Shown here in pieces: positions 9,586 to 18,489 of a stretch of DNA of 64,000 nucleotides. Origin of the DNA: Patescibacteria group bacterium (GTDB lineage: Bacteria; Patescibacteriota; UBA1384; JACPKC01); contig JBMNRW010000001.1 of NCBI GenBank assembly GCA_050944875.1, forward strand, positions 12,526 to 76,525. Reading direction: 5' to 3'. The notes under the pieces were generated by a model that saw only the letters and a program-made list of their open reading frames with translations, was not told the origin of the DNA and made no database searches. A program made the position numbers and the translations under genes. Each line of letters begins with the position of its first letter. Position 1 is the first letter of the stretch.

Positions 9586-9687
9586 TTACTGGTCGCGCTT
9601 GTCGGCCCGGAACATCAGTCCCGAAACCAATGCGACGAATCCTAGGAACCCGCCGACGATCGCGAGTGTCGTCTGCGCTTCATCCAT
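9586..9687 (-). CDS. 33-aa single-pass membrane microprotein.
   Basis: It is below the ORF-track length cut-off. A ggaagggaggtag RBS precedes an ATG, giving MDEAQTTLAIVGGFLGFVALVSGLMFRADKRDQ. It is followed by the terminator at 9561-9579. Confidence 0.45.
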   Translation of the reverse strand: MDEAQTTLAIVGGFLGFVALVSGLMFRADKRDQ

Positions 9688-9779
9688 TCGATCTACCTCC
9701 CTTCCTCGGTATTCTCGTGAATCGAACAGGTGTTTATACTCCTGGTAATTGGAAAAGTCAATGAAGGCAGGAGTGCAGG

Positions 9780-10100
9780 ATGATTACCTACGACGACTTC
9801 GCGAAGCTTGAGATACAAATAGGGACGATTACCGCGGCTGAGAAAGTGGAGGGCGCCGACAAGCTTCTGAAGCTTACCGTTGATTTCGGCAGCGAGACGC
9901 GCCAGATCGTGTCTGGCATCGCCAAGTGGTATGCGCCGGAAGCACTCGTCGGGACGCAGTCGCCGTTCCTCATTAATCTCGAGCCACGGACGATCCGGGG
10001 TATCGAGAGCCAGGGGATGATCCTGGCAACAGGCCTCGATGACCGGGCGGTGCTCCTCCGCCCCACTGAACCGGTGCCGAGCGGCGCGGAAGTCCGCTAG
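9780..10100 (+). CDS. tRNA-binding domain protein (CsaA/Trbp111-like).
   Basis: DFAKLEIQIGTITAAEKVEGADKLLKLTVDFGSETRQIVSGI matches the EMAP/Myf tRNA-binding OB fold. Confidence 0.8.
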   Translation: MITYDDFAKLEIQIGTITAAEKVEGADKLLKLTVDFGSETRQIVSGIAKWYAPEALVGTQSPFLINLEPRTIRGIESQGMILATGLDDRAVLLRPTEPVPSGAEVR

Positions 10101-10107
10101 ACGTGAA

Positions 10108-10133
10108 GAAGACCTGGCACGAGCCAGGTCTTC
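10108..10133. terminator. Bidirectional terminator hairpin between convergent genes.
   Basis: gaagacctgg-cacgag-ccaggtcttc forms a perfect 10-bp stem. Confidence 0.55.
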
Positions 10134-10143
10134 TAAGTTGTGA

Positions 10144-11031
10144 CTACTCCGCGTAGAGGAAGTTGGTTGCCCACTCCTCGATCGCGGGGCGGTCGGCGAA
10201 CGGCCGGAAGCCGAGGCTGCCTCGACCGCGGAGTTCGATCCGCTGCCGACCGCCGTTCGTAAGAACTACGTACGGCTCACAGAAGCAGAATTTGAGTATC
10301 CAAGCCGTGATCACCTCGGCGAGCTCCTCGTCCAGCGCCGCCGGCATGGGGCCGTACACACCATCATTTTTCTGTAGTGGCATGAGCTCGGCCGGATCGG
10401 ACCAGTAGTTCGAGGAGTAATAGGAGATTGGTGACAACTTTTGCTCTGCCATGAGTCGAGCGAAGTCGATGATCGCCGGCTCAAATCGCTCCTGACTCCA
10501 CGACGCGCCGATCAGTACGTGGGCGAAATCGTGCACGAGGGCGTGGAGCAGGATGAGCTTCGTCACTTCCTGACTCGCGAACTCTTCAGGTAGTCGGTTG
10601 AGTGCCACCGTGTACCCGGTGCTTGGTGCCCAGAAGAAGCTGCCGGGGATGATATGGGTTAGCCCGAGCGTTTGGTCCGGGTATATGGTCAGCCCGATTT
10701 GGGCATTCTTGCTGTCTCGGTGCAGGTACACCGTCCTGCCGCCTTGGACAGCATGGAGTACCGGAAGAATGCGCCTCTGCGCCGGTTCAGGAAAGGCAGC
10801 AAGCGCCTGCCAGTACCGGTCAAGTTCGAACTGTCCAGCGAGCTCCTCTGCGCCACTGAGCTGCACATGTTCTGCGCCCTGCGGCCCCTTCGCGAACTGC
10901 TGGAAGCGGGCGACCTTGCGCATGAGCTCGGCCTTCTCGCGTTCCAGCCAGTCGCGCATCGGCGCCAGGTCGAAGCGTTTATCGAGCGTTGTTATTGTCA
11001 AGGAACCACGTCCCTTCTCAGGTTGTTTCAC
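10144..11031 (-). CDS. Hypothetical protein.
   Basis: Intact 295-aa ORF with no confident family assignment. Confidence 0.55.
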   Translation of the reverse strand: MKQPEKGRGSLTITTLDKRFDLAPMRDWLEREKAELMRKVARFQQFAKGPQGAEHVQLSGAEELAGQFELDRYWQALAAFPEPAQRRILPVLHAVQGGRTVYLHRDSKNAQIGLTIYPDQTLGLTHIIPGSFFWAPSTGYTVALNRLPEEFASQEVTKLILLHALVHDFAHVLIGASWSQERFEPAIIDFARLMAEQKLSPISYYSSNYWSDPAELMPLQKNDGVYGPMPAALDEELAEVITAWILKFCFCEPYVVLTNGGRQRIELRGRGSLGFRPFADRPAIEEWATNFLYAE

Positions 11032-11083
11032 CGTTTCGCAACGTGCGAGCGATGAACGCGAGAGTATGCCGGATTACTTCCGA

Positions 11084-12397
11084 TCAGTCAACTACTCTGC
11101 CTGTGGTTGTTGGATGTGTATTGGTCTCGGTCACTCGGAAGATGAGTGCGCCGACGAAGAGGATTGTCCCCGTGACAATGAACGCGGTGCGGAGGTCGTA
11201 GTCGCCAACCGTCGCGAGGAGTGGACGCATGACCGCCGCATAGACGCTCACGAAGAGTGCGATGATCGAGAGCGTCGTTGCGCGGTTTTCGCTCGGGATG
11301 TGCCGGTTCATGTAGTCGGCGAAGACGGGATCCCGCCGGTTACCGGCGGCATCGTTCAGAATGAAGACGAGAATCGCGAGTCCTGGCGTAGCGGTGAACG
11401 CCAAGCCGATCCATGCCAGCGCCGGGAGCATGGTCACGACGAGCGTCGTTCTCATGACACCGAACCGCTGGTCGAGTTTATGGGCGACGAGCTTTGCCGC
11501 CAGCGCTGCCAGTGTTGCGACCGCGACGGCAGTACCGAGCCAGCTCGACGGGGTATTGAGCGACTGGAAGTACGGTGGCGCGAGGCGGTACAGGAGAACG
11601 GAGAACGGCATGGTGAACGCGGAGAGAAGGACAAGGCGGCGGAGCGCACCGTTGTTCCGGAGGAGACGGAAGCCTTCAGTGAAGTTCCGCACAGCCCGTT
11701 CGAGTCCAGGGAGCTGTCGTCTCGAGATGCGCTGCGGTGATTCCTTGACCGTCGAGAGGATGACGAGGGCGATGACTTGTGCACCAGCGGTGAGGAGGAA
11801 GAGTTGGTAGTACTCGTCAAGGCTCTGATTGCTCGCGAGTATGCCAGCGACGAGGCTTGCGATCGCGGTGCCGACGAGCGGCCACGCGCCGTACATACCC
11901 ATAATCCGCTGCATGTCACCCGTGCGCCCAGCCTACTTGAGGTCGTCGTAGATGAGCGCCTGGTCGGAGCCGGAGCTGAAGGCGAGGCCAAGTCCAATGA
12001 GGGCGTGGGCGACAGCGAACTCAATAAAGCTCGAGCCGAGGAGCCATGGGATCCAGCTGAGAAGAATCACGACATTGCCAAGAATGAGGCTCGTTTTCCG
12101 GCCGAGGATGTCGCCGATGATCCCGGTCGGGACTTCGAAGATGATCGCGCTCACCAGGAGGATGGATTCGAGCCAGAGAACGTCGGCGAGCGAGAAGCCG
12201 AGCGCCTGGAAGAAGAGCGGCTGGATCGCGATGCCGAAGTACAGGAACATGAACAACCGCGAGAGCGTCAGTCTGCGGATTGCCGAAGTCACTACTTCCC
12301 TCCTCTGCGTAGGTCCAGTATGGCCGATATCAGCCGAACGCGGAATTGCGCCTACCGCTGTGCGCGGAGGTACTCGCGCCAGTTGTCTTTGAGCCAA
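11084..12397 (-). pseudogene. MFS transporter interrupted by a single in-frame TAG codon.
   Basis: Two ORFs lie in the same frame (11933-12397 N-terminal half and 11084-11914 C-terminal half), separated by an amber codon at 11933-11935. Both halves are hydrophobic multi-TM segments typical of an MFS transporter. Confidence 0.6.
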
Positions 12398-12792
12398 CGC
12401 TTCTCGAATTTCAGTACGTCACCGAGGCCGCGCTGCCGGAGCTCACGGTCGACCACTCCCCCTTTGTGTGGGTGGCTGTAGAGTTGGGGATTCGGTCCGC
12501 CGAAGCCGTGCGCGTAGTGGACGAGCTCGTGGGCGATGACGCCGCGGACGACATCATCGGGAATCGCAGGGTCTTTGAAGTACCCGGTCATCGTAATAAT
12601 CGACCGGCGCTGCGTGGAGCCGTCTGGGTGTTTGACGGCCTTGCGCCCCCACTTAATTGAACCAAGTCGGGTGGCTGCTCGGCGGCCGAACTTGATCCTC
12701 ACGTCGTTCGGCTGCGGCACGTCAGAAAAATGCCGGTACCAGAGCTGAGCCAGCGTTTCCTCGAGCCACGCGTTGTCTCGCTCCTCCTGCAT
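12352..12792 (-). CDS. SprT/YgjP-like zinc metallopeptidase (HExxH).
   Basis: VIAHELVHYAHGF carries an HExxH motif in a fold about 146 aa long. Confidence 0.55.
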   Translation of the reverse strand: MQEERDNAWLEETLAQLWYRHFSDVPQPNDVRIKFGRRAATRLGSIKWGRKAVKHPDGSTQRRSIITMTGYFKDPAIPDDVVRGVIAHELVHYAHGFGGPNPQLYSHPHKGGVVDRELRQRGLGDVLKFEKRWLKDNWREYLRAQR

Positions 12793-12860
12793 CGGAGAGA
12801 GTGTAACACAGGAGGAAATTCCCCTGCGTTTTTCTTCTCATCTGCGGAAAAATAAAAAAG

Positions 12861-12885
12861 AACCCCGCATGCGTAGTGCGGGGTT
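12861..12885 (-). terminator. Intrinsic terminator.
   Basis: Stem aaccccgca-tgcgtag-tgcggggtt flanked by A/T runs; on the minus strand it is followed by cttttttatttttcc. Confidence 0.6.
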
Positions 12886-12909
12886 AAAGAAGGACGGCGC
12901 CAGCGCAGC

Positions 12910-13227
12910 TTAGCCGAGCGACGCGATGAGACGCTCCTCCAGTGCGTGCTCGATCGGTGCGCCATGCAGGTGGTCGTGCTCGACTTCGGTAAGTTCGCCG
13001 TTGCGGTATCGGAATACGGCGGCGAACTTACATCGCTCAACAGGGATGTTAATGGCTTCGGCGATATCGAGCGTGCTCCACCCGAGGCGTGGACCGACGA
13101 CCGCGAAGGGCGTCATCCCGATGGTGAACACCACCACCGCTAGCTCGTAGCCAGCTTTGGCGCGGATGAGCGAGAGCAGGTCAGTGAGGTTACCCTCGTG
13201 AGCCTTGTTCGCGACAATAATCTGCAT
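12910..13227 (-). CDS. Hypothetical protein.
   Basis: 105-aa ORF with a ggagg RBS, preceded by an AT-rich promoter island at 13228-13329. Confidence 0.55.
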   Translation of the reverse strand: MQIIVANKAHEGNLTDLLSLIRAKAGYELAVVVFTIGMTPFAVVGPRLGWSTLDIAEAINIPVERCKFAAVFRYRNGELTEVEHDHLHGAPIEHALEERLIASLG

Positions 13228-13329
13228 CTATCCGTGCCTCCATTCTGTAAAGTGGAAATATACTATACGATTAACATGAATTAATCAATATTTGGTTCAT
13301 ACTGTATTACACGAGTATAAGTGAACTTG

Positions 13330-14514
13330 TCATGTTCTTGGATCGATGTAATAGGTTGTCTTGTGCCATTCTTCAGGTAGGTAGCCGAGCGCGTCCTTGT
13401 TCCCTTTCCCGTAGCCGAACTCTTTCATGAGTTTCGTCGGGGCATTGCGAAGGTGGAGCGGGATCTCGGGCACGGTCTTCGCCTGGATATCGTGGATCGC
13501 CGTATCGATGCCGTCGATGACCGCACGGCTCTTCCGGGCGGTCGCGAGGTAGGTGGCGCACTGCGCGAGCATGAGGCGAGCTTCCGGGTAGCCGGTCATG
13601 TGGACGGCCTGCATCGTCGCGGTCGCGAGGACGAGCGCGGTCGGCTGGGCGTTGCCGACGTCCTCGGCAGCGAAGATGACCATCCGCCGCGCGATGAAGA
13701 GCGGGTCCTCCCCTGCCTCGACCATGCGTGCTAGGTAGTGGAGCGTGGCGTTCGCGTCCGAGCCGCGCATGCTCTTAATAAACGCGGAGATCGTGTCGTA
13801 GTGCCCTTCGCCACCCTGGTCGTACCGCAGGGTTTTCCGCTGCACCGCCTGTTCCATCGTGCGCAGGTCGATTGTAGTTGCGAGCGTCAAGGCGACTTCG
13901 AGCGTGCCGAGGAGCGTGCGGGCGTCGCCGTCCGCTGAGGCGATGAGGTACTCGGCCGCCTCCTTCTTGAGCTTGTGTTCGGGGTAGAGCTTGAGCGCGC
14001 GGCGGACGAGCTCGTGGAGTGCTTTATGTCCCAGGGGTTCAAGCTTCATGACGCGCATCCGTGAGAGGAGCGGCGCGTTTACTTTGAAGCTCGGGTTTTC
14101 CGTCGTCGCACCGACGAGCGTCACGACGCCGCTCTCGACTGCGTGGAGCAGTGCGTCCTGCTGGGCGCTGTTGAACCGGTGGATCTCGTCGATGAAGAGG
14201 ACGGGCGTCGGTTCGTTCAAGCGGCGCATGCCGGCGGCGCGCTCAAGGATGGCGCGGACGTCCTTCACAGTGCCGTCGATAGCGGAGAGCTGCTCGAACG
14301 GCCGTTTGAGCTCGCTAGCGAGGATTCGCGCGAGCGTCGTCTTCCCGGTGCCGGGTGGTCCCCAGAAGAGGATGCTCGGGAGCTGTCCGGCCTTAAGAAG
14401 TCGTGTCAGCGCCTGGTCTCTGCCGATTAGGTGTTCCTGGCCGACAACGGCCTTCAGTGTCGCCGGCCGCATGCGCTCGGCGAGGGGCTTGTGTTCGGTG
14501 TTTGTTCGCTCCAT
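13330..14514 (-). CDS. rarA: Replication-associated recombination protein A (AAA+ ATPase).
   Basis: Walker A GPPGTGKTT, Walker B LFIDEIHRFN and a MgsA C-terminal domain. A TATAGT element about 8 nt upstream of the ATG suggests a leaderless transcript. Confidence 0.9.
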   Translation of the reverse strand: MERTNTEHKPLAERMRPATLKAVVGQEHLIGRDQALTRLLKAGQLPSILFWGPPGTGKTTLARILASELKRPFEQLSAIDGTVKDVRAILERAAGMRRLNEPTPVLFIDEIHRFNSAQQDALLHAVESGVVTLVGATTENPSFKVNAPLLSRMRVMKLEPLGHKALHELVRRALKLYPEHKLKKEAAEYLIASADGDARTLLGTLEVALTLATTIDLRTMEQAVQRKTLRYDQGGEGHYDTISAFIKSMRGSDANATLHYLARMVEAGEDPLFIARRMVIFAAEDVGNAQPTALVLATATMQAVHMTGYPEARLMLAQCATYLATARKSRAVIDGIDTAIHDIQAKTVPEIPLHLRNAPTKLMKEFGYGKGNKDALGYLPEEWHKTTYYIDPRT

Positions 14515-14595
14515 ACGGCTATACTATACCGTTTAGAGTGGGTTTTCCAAGACTTCCTGTGGATAATACTTAATCTGCTAATTGTATTTTGTCGC

Positions 14596-14624
14596 TTGAC
14601 AAATGTGAAAAACTATGGTACTGT
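14596..14624 (+). promoter_or_regulatory. Sigma70-like promoter (TTGACA-17-TGgTACTGT).
   Basis: Consensus -35 TTGACA at 14596-14601, a 17-nt spacer and an extended -10 TGgTACTGT, inside an AT-rich intergenic region. Confidence 0.55.
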
Positions 14625-14736
14625 ACGTTCGTTCCCTGGAAGAGGGGTTTTTCTTTTAGAGAAACCAAGTCAACGCGAATCCCGGTTAATACCCGGGGTG
14701 GTAGCTACCAGGGAAGGGCAGAACGCCCAGAATCCA
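14625..14736 (+). ncRNA. Candidate structured 5' leader (possible riboswitch or attenuator) upstream of the lytic transglycosylase.
   Basis: The leader is about 110 nt with long-range complementarity (ccctgg...ccaggg), a local hairpin cccgg-ttaatac-ccggg, a gggg+T-run and gaatcc/cccggggtg elements. No RBS lies close to the ATG. Confidence 0.3.
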
Positions 14737-15507
14737 ATGCGCATCTATGACCTGTTTAGGAGGGTCAAGAACGCTCTTGGAGCACAGAACGTAACACTTC
14801 GACGCATCGGCGCGTCTGCGCACCTCGCGGTGTCGCTAACCTTGCCGGTGCAGGGTACGCCGCTCACGATGGAGCAGCTCTTCGCGCCGCGAGTTTCGGC
14901 TCAGGTTGAGGAGACGGCTGCTGAGAATGAGCAGGGTACCCGCCGTCAGCTGGTCCTCTCGACCGATCTCCTGCCGGAGCTCATCCGCCTCGCGGAAGAG
15001 CCGAAGCCGGCGATTACGGTTACGGAGTCGCGCGCCGACGAACGCGCCCGCAAGGAGCGTGAGGAAGCGGCGAAGCACGCCCGAGCCGCAGCGATCCGGT
15101 CGCAGACCGTGACCACTACCGGCACGCCGAGCGCCACCCCGGCGGATGTCCCGTTTGAGGTAAAGCGCGCACTCGCTGTGCAGGCGGCAGCTGCGTACGG
15201 TATTGATTGGCGGATTGTGGAAGCAGTCTGGCAGATTGAGTCCGGGAAGCGCTGGAAGACCGATGTTCGGTCGAGCGCTGGCGCCCAGGGTCCGATGCAG
15301 TTCATGCCCGGTACCTGGCGAGCCTACGCAGTGGACGGGAACGGTGACGGTGTCGCCGATATCACGGACGCCCGTGACGCGGTGTTCGCCGGCGCCCGGT
15401 ACCTCGCTGCGAACGGTGCCGCAACCAACGTCGACAACGCGCTCTTCCGGTACAACCACGCGCAGTGGTACGTCGACAAGGTGAAGGCGCTCGCCTATTC
15501 ACTCTAA
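14737..15507 (+). CDS. Lytic transglycosylase (SLT domain) cell-wall hydrolase.
   Basis: AYGIDWRIVEAVWQIESGKRW...GPMQFMPGTWRAY is an SLT-domain signature. The start is uncertain; the ORF is open from 14431. Confidence 0.75.
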   Translation: MRIYDLFRRVKNALGAQNVTLRRIGASAHLAVSLTLPVQGTPLTMEQLFAPRVSAQVEETAAENEQGTRRQLVLSTDLLPELIRLAEEPKPAITVTESRADERARKEREEAAKHARAAAIRSQTVTTTGTPSATPADVPFEVKRALAVQAAAAYGIDWRIVEAVWQIESGKRWKTDVRSSAGAQGPMQFMPGTWRAYAVDGNGDGVADITDARDAVFAGARYLAANGAATNVDNALFRYNHAQWYVDKVKALAYSL

Positions 15508-15570
15508 GCGCATGAGACAGGAGGTATACAGGAGAGAGCCCGATCGGGCTCTCTCCTTTGTTTGACGTGC

Positions 15571-16734
15571 TTACGTGGTGGCAGGTGGCGGTACGGGCAC
15601 CTCGGTGTGCTTGACGTACTCCAGGCGGTCCGGCGGAATGACCTGGAACCACGTCGTACCGGCGACGAGTGGAATCTCTTTCTCATCGGCGCCGCGGAGC
15701 GTCAGCATCGTGTCCTTACGCTCTTTGCGCCAGGTTCCCTCGACGAAGGCGCCGTTCTGGAAGACGAGCGCCTTCCCTGACCCTTCCGTCGTGAAGGTGT
15801 ACTCGCCTTTGCCTTGGTTTGTGTTCGCGTTGTAGCTCCGGTCGACGACGAGGACGACGACGTTCTTCGCGTCGATCTGGTCGCCAGTGACCGCGTCTTT
15901 ATGCGGCGCGCCAGCCATCGTTCGGAGGTAGCGGTTCTCGTCGCGGCTGTAGAGCCACTCCGCCTTGTACGTGTTCGTCGAGTAGTCGACGGTGACGTTG
16001 GCGTCCTGCGGTCGCCGTTCGAGCGGTGCCTCATCGGTGAACGCCATCGGCGTGAAGTCGGCGACAAGCGACGCGCCCTTCTCGCCTGCAAACTCCCAGA
16101 GCTTGTCGGACGTCGTGAAGAGCGTGTGCTCGCTCGCGACACCCGCCTTCGGTTCGCGGAAGAAGTAGGCTGCGGTGTGTGGGAGGTCGGTCACGACGCT
16201 CCCGAGTTGGTCGATAAGCGCGAGGCCGCCTTGGCTGCCGCCCGCGTGCGCGTAGAGCGCCTTGTACCCTGCTGCCCAGCTCACGTACTGCGTGCGAGCC
16301 GACCGGACCGGACCGACTTTCTCCGCCTTCTGGTGCGTGAAGAGCGCCATGAAGCGGGTGATGCCGCCTTCGACGATCGCTTCCCAGACGACGTTCGCGT
16401 CGGCGAGCCCGGCTTGCGGCCGTGCTTCGGGGTGGTTCTCGACCATGACCGCGAGCGGGCGCTTCTTCGCGGCTTCTTCGCTGACTTGGACACCATCGAG
16501 GAGCGACGCGACGGTCTTCGGCGTTTCAACTTCGATTGCTGGGGCGGGCGCGTCGGCTACAGGCGGGGCTGACCGCTCAGTGCGGAAATAGCGTGTGTAG
16601 GCGGCAGCGCCGGCTGCGACCACGACAATGCTCGCTGCGACGAGCGCCATCGACGTTCGCCCCTTGGGGCTCTTGAAGAACGCGCTCAAGCGTTCGAGGG
16701 GGCGTTGCTGTGCGGATAGTGGGCTGGAAACCAT
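15571..16734 (-). CDS. DUF3048 (YerB-like) secreted protein.
   Basis: N-terminal TM segment, then LAVMVENHPEARPQAGLADANVVWEAIVEGGITRFMALF, typical of DUF3048. Confidence 0.75.
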   Translation of the reverse strand: MVSSPLSAQQRPLERLSAFFKSPKGRTSMALVAASIVVVAAGAAAYTRYFRTERSAPPVADAPAPAIEVETPKTVASLLDGVQVSEEAAKKRPLAVMVENHPEARPQAGLADANVVWEAIVEGGITRFMALFTHQKAEKVGPVRSARTQYVSWAAGYKALYAHAGGSQGGLALIDQLGSVVTDLPHTAAYFFREPKAGVASEHTLFTTSDKLWEFAGEKGASLVADFTPMAFTDEAPLERRPQDANVTVDYSTNTYKAEWLYSRDENRYLRTMAGAPHKDAVTGDQIDAKNVVVLVVDRSYNANTNQGKGEYTFTTEGSGKALVFQNGAFVEGTWRKERKDTMLTLRGADEKEIPLVAGTTWFQVIPPDRLEYVKHTEVPVPPPATT

Positions 16735-16744
16735 AGGCTGCTCC

Positions 16745-17833
16745 TTACTTTGCGTGTTTGTGGTAGAGCAGCCAAATGTCGCTCAGAACGGTGCCGAAGC
16801 CAACGAGCCAGGTCGCGAAACCGAGGAACGCGCCGAGCACTGGGACGAGGCTGACGAGTCTGATCACGAACCCGCCGAGCGCGAGGGCGAGGAGGGGTGA
16901 CCACTGCTTCTTCGTGAGGAGGTCGCCAACCCAGATGCTCGTGACGATGTTCCCCAGGAACGCGACAATGCCGAGCACTGCCAGCTCAACGAACGCGAGC
17001 GGAACCGTGACGACGAGGACGAGCGAGAGGATGAAGAGCGCTGGTGCGACGAGGAGCGTTGCGAGGCCAATGAGGAGTGACTGGCCAGGCTGTGCGTAGG
17101 CGTGTTCACGGAGCGCAGTGAGCATCTTGGGTGCAAGAAGGATGAGGAAGGTGCCGAGGACGATGAGGACTATATAGCTGTACAGTTGGCCGAGGAAGTT
17201 CGCGGCGGCCGCCGTTGCTCCTGGATCGGCTGGCGTGCTCGCTGGCGCTGCCTGTAGGTTTACTGTTCCAGCAACTGTCGCCCCTTCCGCACGGACAAGC
17301 GGTTTCGTCGTCGTCCCGGTGACTGCCCCGCCAATCCTGGCGTTATCGCCGAGCGCGAGTGACTCGGACTGGACAGTGACGTTGCCGTCGACCGTCCCAT
17401 CGATTCGTGTCGTTCCGGCGTAGATCTGCACATTGCCACGAACGCTGCCGGTCTGGTCGACCGTGCCGGCGAAGGCGAGGATATCGCCCTCGATAATAGC
17501 GCTCTTCTCGACGATGAGCGTGCCGGCGGCCGCGAAAAGGTCGCCTTTCACCCTGCCGGTAATGCGTACCGATCGGCCGGCGACGACGGCATTGCCGTCG
17601 ACGGTGTTGTCGATGCTGACTTCGCTCCCGGCGAGGAACGCGTCATTGGCGACTGTCCCGCGGATACTGACATCACTTCCACCGGCAAGGACGGTGTCCT
17701 CGACAGTCGTCCCAGCCTCGACGCGGACGTTGCCTGCGCTGTTCGGTTCAAGAATGGTGAACGCCTGGGCGGCGCCGACGGTAAGTGTGAGCGCGACGCC
17801 GAGCGTGGCGAGCGCACTAAACCAATGTCGCAT
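16745..17833 (-). CDS. Secreted bactofilin-like beta-helix repeat protein with a C-terminal polytopic membrane domain.
   Basis: Signal peptide, then repeated GxVxxDxxLAGGSxVxIxGTV units and four or more C-terminal TM helices. Confidence 0.6.
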   Translation of the reverse strand: MRHWFSALATLGVALTLTVGAAQAFTILEPNSAGNVRVEAGTTVEDTVLAGGSDVSIRGTVANDAFLAGSEVSIDNTVDGNAVVAGRSVRITGRVKGDLFAAAGTLIVEKSAIIEGDILAFAGTVDQTGSVRGNVQIYAGTTRIDGTVDGNVTVQSESLALGDNARIGGAVTGTTTKPLVRAEGATVAGTVNLQAAPASTPADPGATAAAANFLGQLYSYIVLIVLGTFLILLAPKMLTALREHAYAQPGQSLLIGLATLLVAPALFILSLVLVVTVPLAFVELAVLGIVAFLGNIVTSIWVGDLLTKKQWSPLLALALGGFVIRLVSLVPVLGAFLGFATWLVGFGTVLSDIWLLYHKHAK

Positions 17834-17883
17834 AGAGGCCCTCCTTAGTACTTCACCACCTAGTATACCACGGAGGTGACAGG

Positions 17884-18426
17884 CTATTCGGCGGTGTAGA
17901 ACTCTGTGTTCTTGAGGAGGATTCGCTCGATTGGTCGGAGTGCGCGGCTGCCGAACCGTTCGAGCTCAGAGAGCGGCTTAATGAGGACGGTGTGCATGCC
18001 AGCGAGCTTGCCGCCGAGCACGTCAGCCAGGAGGAGGTCGCCGAGGATGACCGTCTCGTGCGGCGGTGTCTCCATCCGCTTCGCAGCGCTCCGGAGGGCA
18101 AACGGAAACGGTTTCAGGAAGAAGCCAGTCCCCACGGCTGGAATGCCGAGCACTTTTGTCCGGGTGCGGAGTCGCTCAAAGTCCGCCGGGGCGATCTTGT
18201 TCGACACGATGGTGAGTCGTTTGGCCCCGAATACCGTCACCCATCGCTTCAGGAGTACTTGGATGTCATCGCTGATGACGGACTCGGCGTCGGTAATGAG
18301 GGTATTGTCGAAGTCAAAGATGCAGGCGCGGACGCCGCGTGCATACAAGCGCTTCGGGTCAACGACGGCGAGCGATGGGGCGTACTCGTCCGGCAGGTAC
18401 CAAGCTCGGTGCGGTTTACGTGTCAT
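17884..18426 (-). CDS. HAD-IIIA phosphatase, YqeG family.
   Basis: ACIFDFDNTLI with a downstream GD motif, about 180 aa. Confidence 0.75.
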   Translation of the reverse strand: MTRKPHRAWYLPDEYAPSLAVVDPKRLYARGVRACIFDFDNTLITDAESVISDDIQVLLKRWVTVFGAKRLTIVSNKIAPADFERLRTRTKVLGIPAVGTGFFLKPFPFALRSAAKRMETPPHETVILGDLLLADVLGGKLAGMHTVLIKPLSELERFGSRALRPIERILLKNTEFYTAE

Positions 18427-18489
18427 CAGGAGGAGTATACCGAACAGGGACCCCGGATGGGATCCCTGTCGACAGTTGGTCGGTTTCGG

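Noticed and set aside
12352-12397. 46-nt overlap between the SprT-like gene and the N-terminal MFS ORF.
   Set aside because: This is probably an over-extended MFS start; a downstream start likely removes the overlap. It is not evidence of a recoding event.
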